Part shown: piece after piece, positions 51,807 through 54,182 of the stretch | Position numbering within the stretch: the stretch's first letter is position 1 | How the letters are laid out: each line of letters begins with the position of its first letter | Origin: an uncultured bacterium | GTDB lineage: Bacteria > Patescibacteriota > Minisyncoccia > Moranbacterales > GWC2-37-73 | Direction: 5' to 3' | DNA: 54,182 nt | NCBI GenBank assembly: GCA_903861715.1 | Contig: CAIOVI010000037.1 | Coordinates: 1 to 54,182 of the forward strand | The notes under the pieces: generated by a model | Database searches by the model: none | What the model was told of the DNA's origin: nothing | What the model saw: the letters and a program-made list of their open reading frames with translations, nothing else | Made by a program: the position numbers and the translations under genes

Positions 51807-52400
51807 ATGCCAGTTGACTTGCGACAATTTATTGAAAAACCAAAAGAAGACGGTCGGCGCATCCCACCATATTCGCCACCTCAAACCCCAAAGGAAAATT
51901 TTCGAGAACAGGAAACTGAAAATGCCGAAGAACCTCGAGGTGAAATTCTGCACCAGTGGCAAGCGCCAGAATTTGAAGTTTATGAAAAATCCAATCGCTG
52001 GTATCTTTTGGCAGGAGCTTTCTTGCTGGCCATCATCACCTATGCGATGTTTACCAATGGCCCAATTATGGCCATTACTTTCATTCTGATTGGCATCGTC
52101 GGCTATATCCACCTGCAAAAAGAGCCCCGCCTTGTGACTTTCACCATCACCAACGAAGGAATCATCGCCGACAAAGACATGTATCTTTTTGAAAACATTC
52201 ATTCTTTCTGGGTTTTTTATGAACCCCATCATATGGAACTGATCAGTCTGCACACCAAAGCCGCCATGCTCCCCTTTGTGCACATTCCCTTGGAAAACGA
52301 AGACCCAGTGCACCTGCGTGAGATGTTGCTTCCTTTCATTCCCGAAATCAAACAAGAGCCCAGCTTCGTCGACACCCTCGAAAGAATTTTGCATATCTAG
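51807..52400 (+). CDS. Conserved CPR-type 2-TM membrane protein
   Basis: W.APEF....KS.RWY, two TM helices, SFWVFYEP. Confidence 0.85.
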   Translation: MPVDLRQFIEKPKEDGRRIPPYSPPQTPKENFREQETENAEEPRGEILHQWQAPEFEVYEKSNRWYLLAGAFLLAIITYAMFTNGPIMAITFILIGIVGYIHLQKEPRLVTFTITNEGIIADKDMYLFENIHSFWVFYEPHHMELISLHTKAAMLPFVHIPLENEDPVHLREMLLPFIPEIKQEPSFVDTLERILHI

Positions 52401-52409
52401 GTCATACAA

Positions 52410-52610
52410 TCATACAAACATGCAAACATACAAACAAAATGCTCAAATATTTCCATGATTAAACGCTTACATGTTTAAATGTTTAGATGTTTAGATGTTT
52501 AGATGTTTAGATGTTTAGATGCTTAAATGTTCGTATGTTTAAATGATTACATGTTCGTATGTTTAAATGTTTAGATGCTTAGATGATTACATTTTTATAT
52601 GTTTAAATGA
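52410..52610. repeat. Octamer tandem repeats (AAACATAC-like, then the inverse ATGTTTAG/ATGTTTAA)
   Basis: atgtttag and variants, more than 15 units. Confidence 0.9.
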
Positions 52611-52674
52611 TATTGCCTTTACTTTTTCAGTTAATCCTATATACTAAATTTCGTAGTAAAAAATAGCCATTTTA

Positions 52675-52713
52675 TCCTTGTAGCTTCCGCCCAAGGCGGA
52701 CAGGCAGTGGATA
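52675..52713 (+). pseudogene. tRNA-Arg 5' fragment interrupted by a REP-like hairpin
   Basis: TCCTTGTAGCT[TCCGCCCAAGGCGGACAGG]CAGTGGATA. Confidence 0.88.
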
Positions 52714-52722
52714 AAATTTAAT

Positions 52723-52795
52723 GTCCTTGTAGCTCAGTGGATAGAGCGTCTGGTTGCGGTCCAGAAGGTCGCAGGTTCGATTCTTGCCAAGGACA
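52723..52795 (+). tRNA. tRNA-Arg (GCG)
   Basis: GTCCTTG/CAAGGAC acceptor stem, TCTGG-TTGCGGT-CCAGA anticodon arm, A20. Confidence 0.93.
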
Positions 52796-53042
52796 CAAAG
52801 ATAGCCCGCCGAAAGGTGGGTTTTTGTGTGCTTGGAGTGAGTGAATGATTTCACTCACGTCAGGAATCGAACGCCGGAGCAATTTTTGTCAGCAGACAAA
52901 AATGCGAGGCGGTGGCCAGACAAATTTTTGCGACGGCAAAAATTTAGTCGCGGCCGATTCTTGCCAAGGACACAAAGATAGCCCGCCGAAAGGCGGGTTT
53001 TTGTGTGCCTGGAGTGAGTGAAAGATTTCACTCACTCCAGGA
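52778..53042 (+). repeat. Duplicated tRNA-Arg 3' end plus terminator (177-bp period) enclosing a structured insert
   Basis: CGATTCTTGCCAAGGACACAAAGATAGCCCGCCGAAAGG... at 52778 and 52955. Confidence 0.92.
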
Positions 53043-53132
53043 TTAGACATTCATAGATTTTGTAAATTTGTAGCCAATTTGTATATTTGTAGGATTATTG
53101 ATTTTTCTCCACTTTTAGGGCAAAATGAAGAT

Positions 53133-53579
53133 ATGGGCACTATTGCATTCAACAAAAGAGCAAATTTTGACTACGAGCTATCGGATCATTTCGAGGCTGG
53201 TTTAGTGTTGACTGGGGCCGAGGTTAAATCGGTCAAAAACGGCCATTTGAGCCTCAAAGGAAGCTTTGTGACCCTCCACGAAGGCGAACTGCTTTTGACC
53301 AATGCCAACATCCCGCCCTACCCTTTTGCCAAGGTCTCCCTGAGTTATGACCCGACCCGCTCGCGCAAACTTTTGGTGCACAAAGCGCAAATCCGCTCAC
53401 TGATTGGCAAATTGCACACCAAAGGCTTGACATTAGTGCCTCTCCGTGTGTATACTAAGAAACGACTCATCAAGTTGGAATTCGCTCTAGGTCGCGGAAA
53501 AAAGGCCTTTGATAAAAGATCGGATATTGCAAAAAAAGAGTCAAAAAGAAACATAGAGCGAGCGCTCAAAAATGCTTAG
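53133..53579 (+). CDS. smpB: SsrA-binding protein
   Basis: NKRA.FDY, EAGLVLTGAEVKS, R.RKLL.HK, GKK.FDKR. Confidence 0.97.
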   Translation: MGTIAFNKRANFDYELSDHFEAGLVLTGAEVKSVKNGHLSLKGSFVTLHEGELLLTNANIPPYPFAKVSLSYDPTRSRKLLVHKAQIRSLIGKLHTKGLTLVPLRVYTKKRLIKLEFALGRGKKAFDKRSDIAKKESKRNIERALKNA

Positions 53580-53777
53580 GCGTTTTTGAGAATTTGAAAT
53601 TTAAAATTTAAAATTTGAAATGATTTAATATTAAAACATTTTATCATTAAAATTTGATTAAAAATTTGAAATTTAAAATTAAAAATTCCCGCAACTGAAA
53701 AATCACAAAATTGTTTTACTTTTAAAAAATATAATTTGACACTCCCAGCCCTCTACTCTCTTTGAGTGTTGCGGGTT

Positions 53778-54180
53778 GGGGTTGTTTAGTTTCGACAGGT
53801 TGTACTTTTCAAAATATGCAAGTCGATCACCGCTGCTGTCATCGTAAAAAGTGTGGCGAAGATATAAGTGCAAACTTCATATCAAAGGCGAAAGCTACAT
53901 TTGCGCAAGCATTTGCTAGTTTCTCTCCTGTTTTAGCTTAGGCTGAAACCATCGAACTGCTGATTTCTCATACGCAGAGCTCGGTGTCAATCATGAGGAT
54001 AGCTTGATGCGGTTTTTCAGACGCAACAAGCAAAACAACTCTGAAAACGAAATGCGTGGGTTTTGTTTGTTTCCTACTGCGCAACTTCGTATCCCGATTC
54101 GTCGGGGGTGAAACAAACTAAACTTGTAGAGGATTTTGAAATGAATGATTTGGACATGGGTGCAATTCCCATCAACTCCA
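53778..54180 (+). ncRNA. ssrA: tmRNA
   Basis: 5' GGGGTTG...TTCGAC pairs with 3' CAACTCCA (G3:U70, A73); T arm ATGGGTGCAATTCCCAT; tag ORF 53870-53941 ANFISKAKATFAQAFASFSPVLA*; next to smpB. Confidence 0.95.
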
Positions 54181-54182
54181 CA

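Overview
A 54-kb chromosomal window, mostly minus-strand and in the standard genetic code, that looks like a Patescibacteria/CPR (Parcubacteria-type) genome. Supporting signs are type IV pilus genes without pilQ in the cluster, apparently leaderless genes, and CPR-type hypothetical proteins. From left to right it holds: (1) a giant >2358-aa secreted fibre/adhesin ORF (7075 to off the left edge), absent from the ORF track; (2) gyrB, tRNA-fMet/Met/Asp, two GH130 glycosidases, a mannose-6-phosphate isomerase, gatA, gatC and ligA; (3) a type IV pilus locus with seven pilin-like genes, interrupted by a glycosylation island; (4) comF; (5) an accessory region, tRNA-Ser x2, tRNA-Arg(GCG), smpB and tmRNA. 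Three things stand out. First, 43.3-48.7 kb is cut into single-gene units by two families of long palindromes; the units are CYTH, MFS exporter, MurI racemase, a cyclodipeptide synthase fused to a solute-binding domain, and a PaaX/Cas2-like protein. Second, four tRNA genes are preceded by duplicated 5' tRNA fragments interrupted by hairpin elements at recurring D-arm positions; one fragment pair brackets a GIY-YIG nuclease gene. Third, structured and short-period repeats sit in-frame in essential genes (ligA five times, gatA once). All calls are from reading the sequence; no searches were run.
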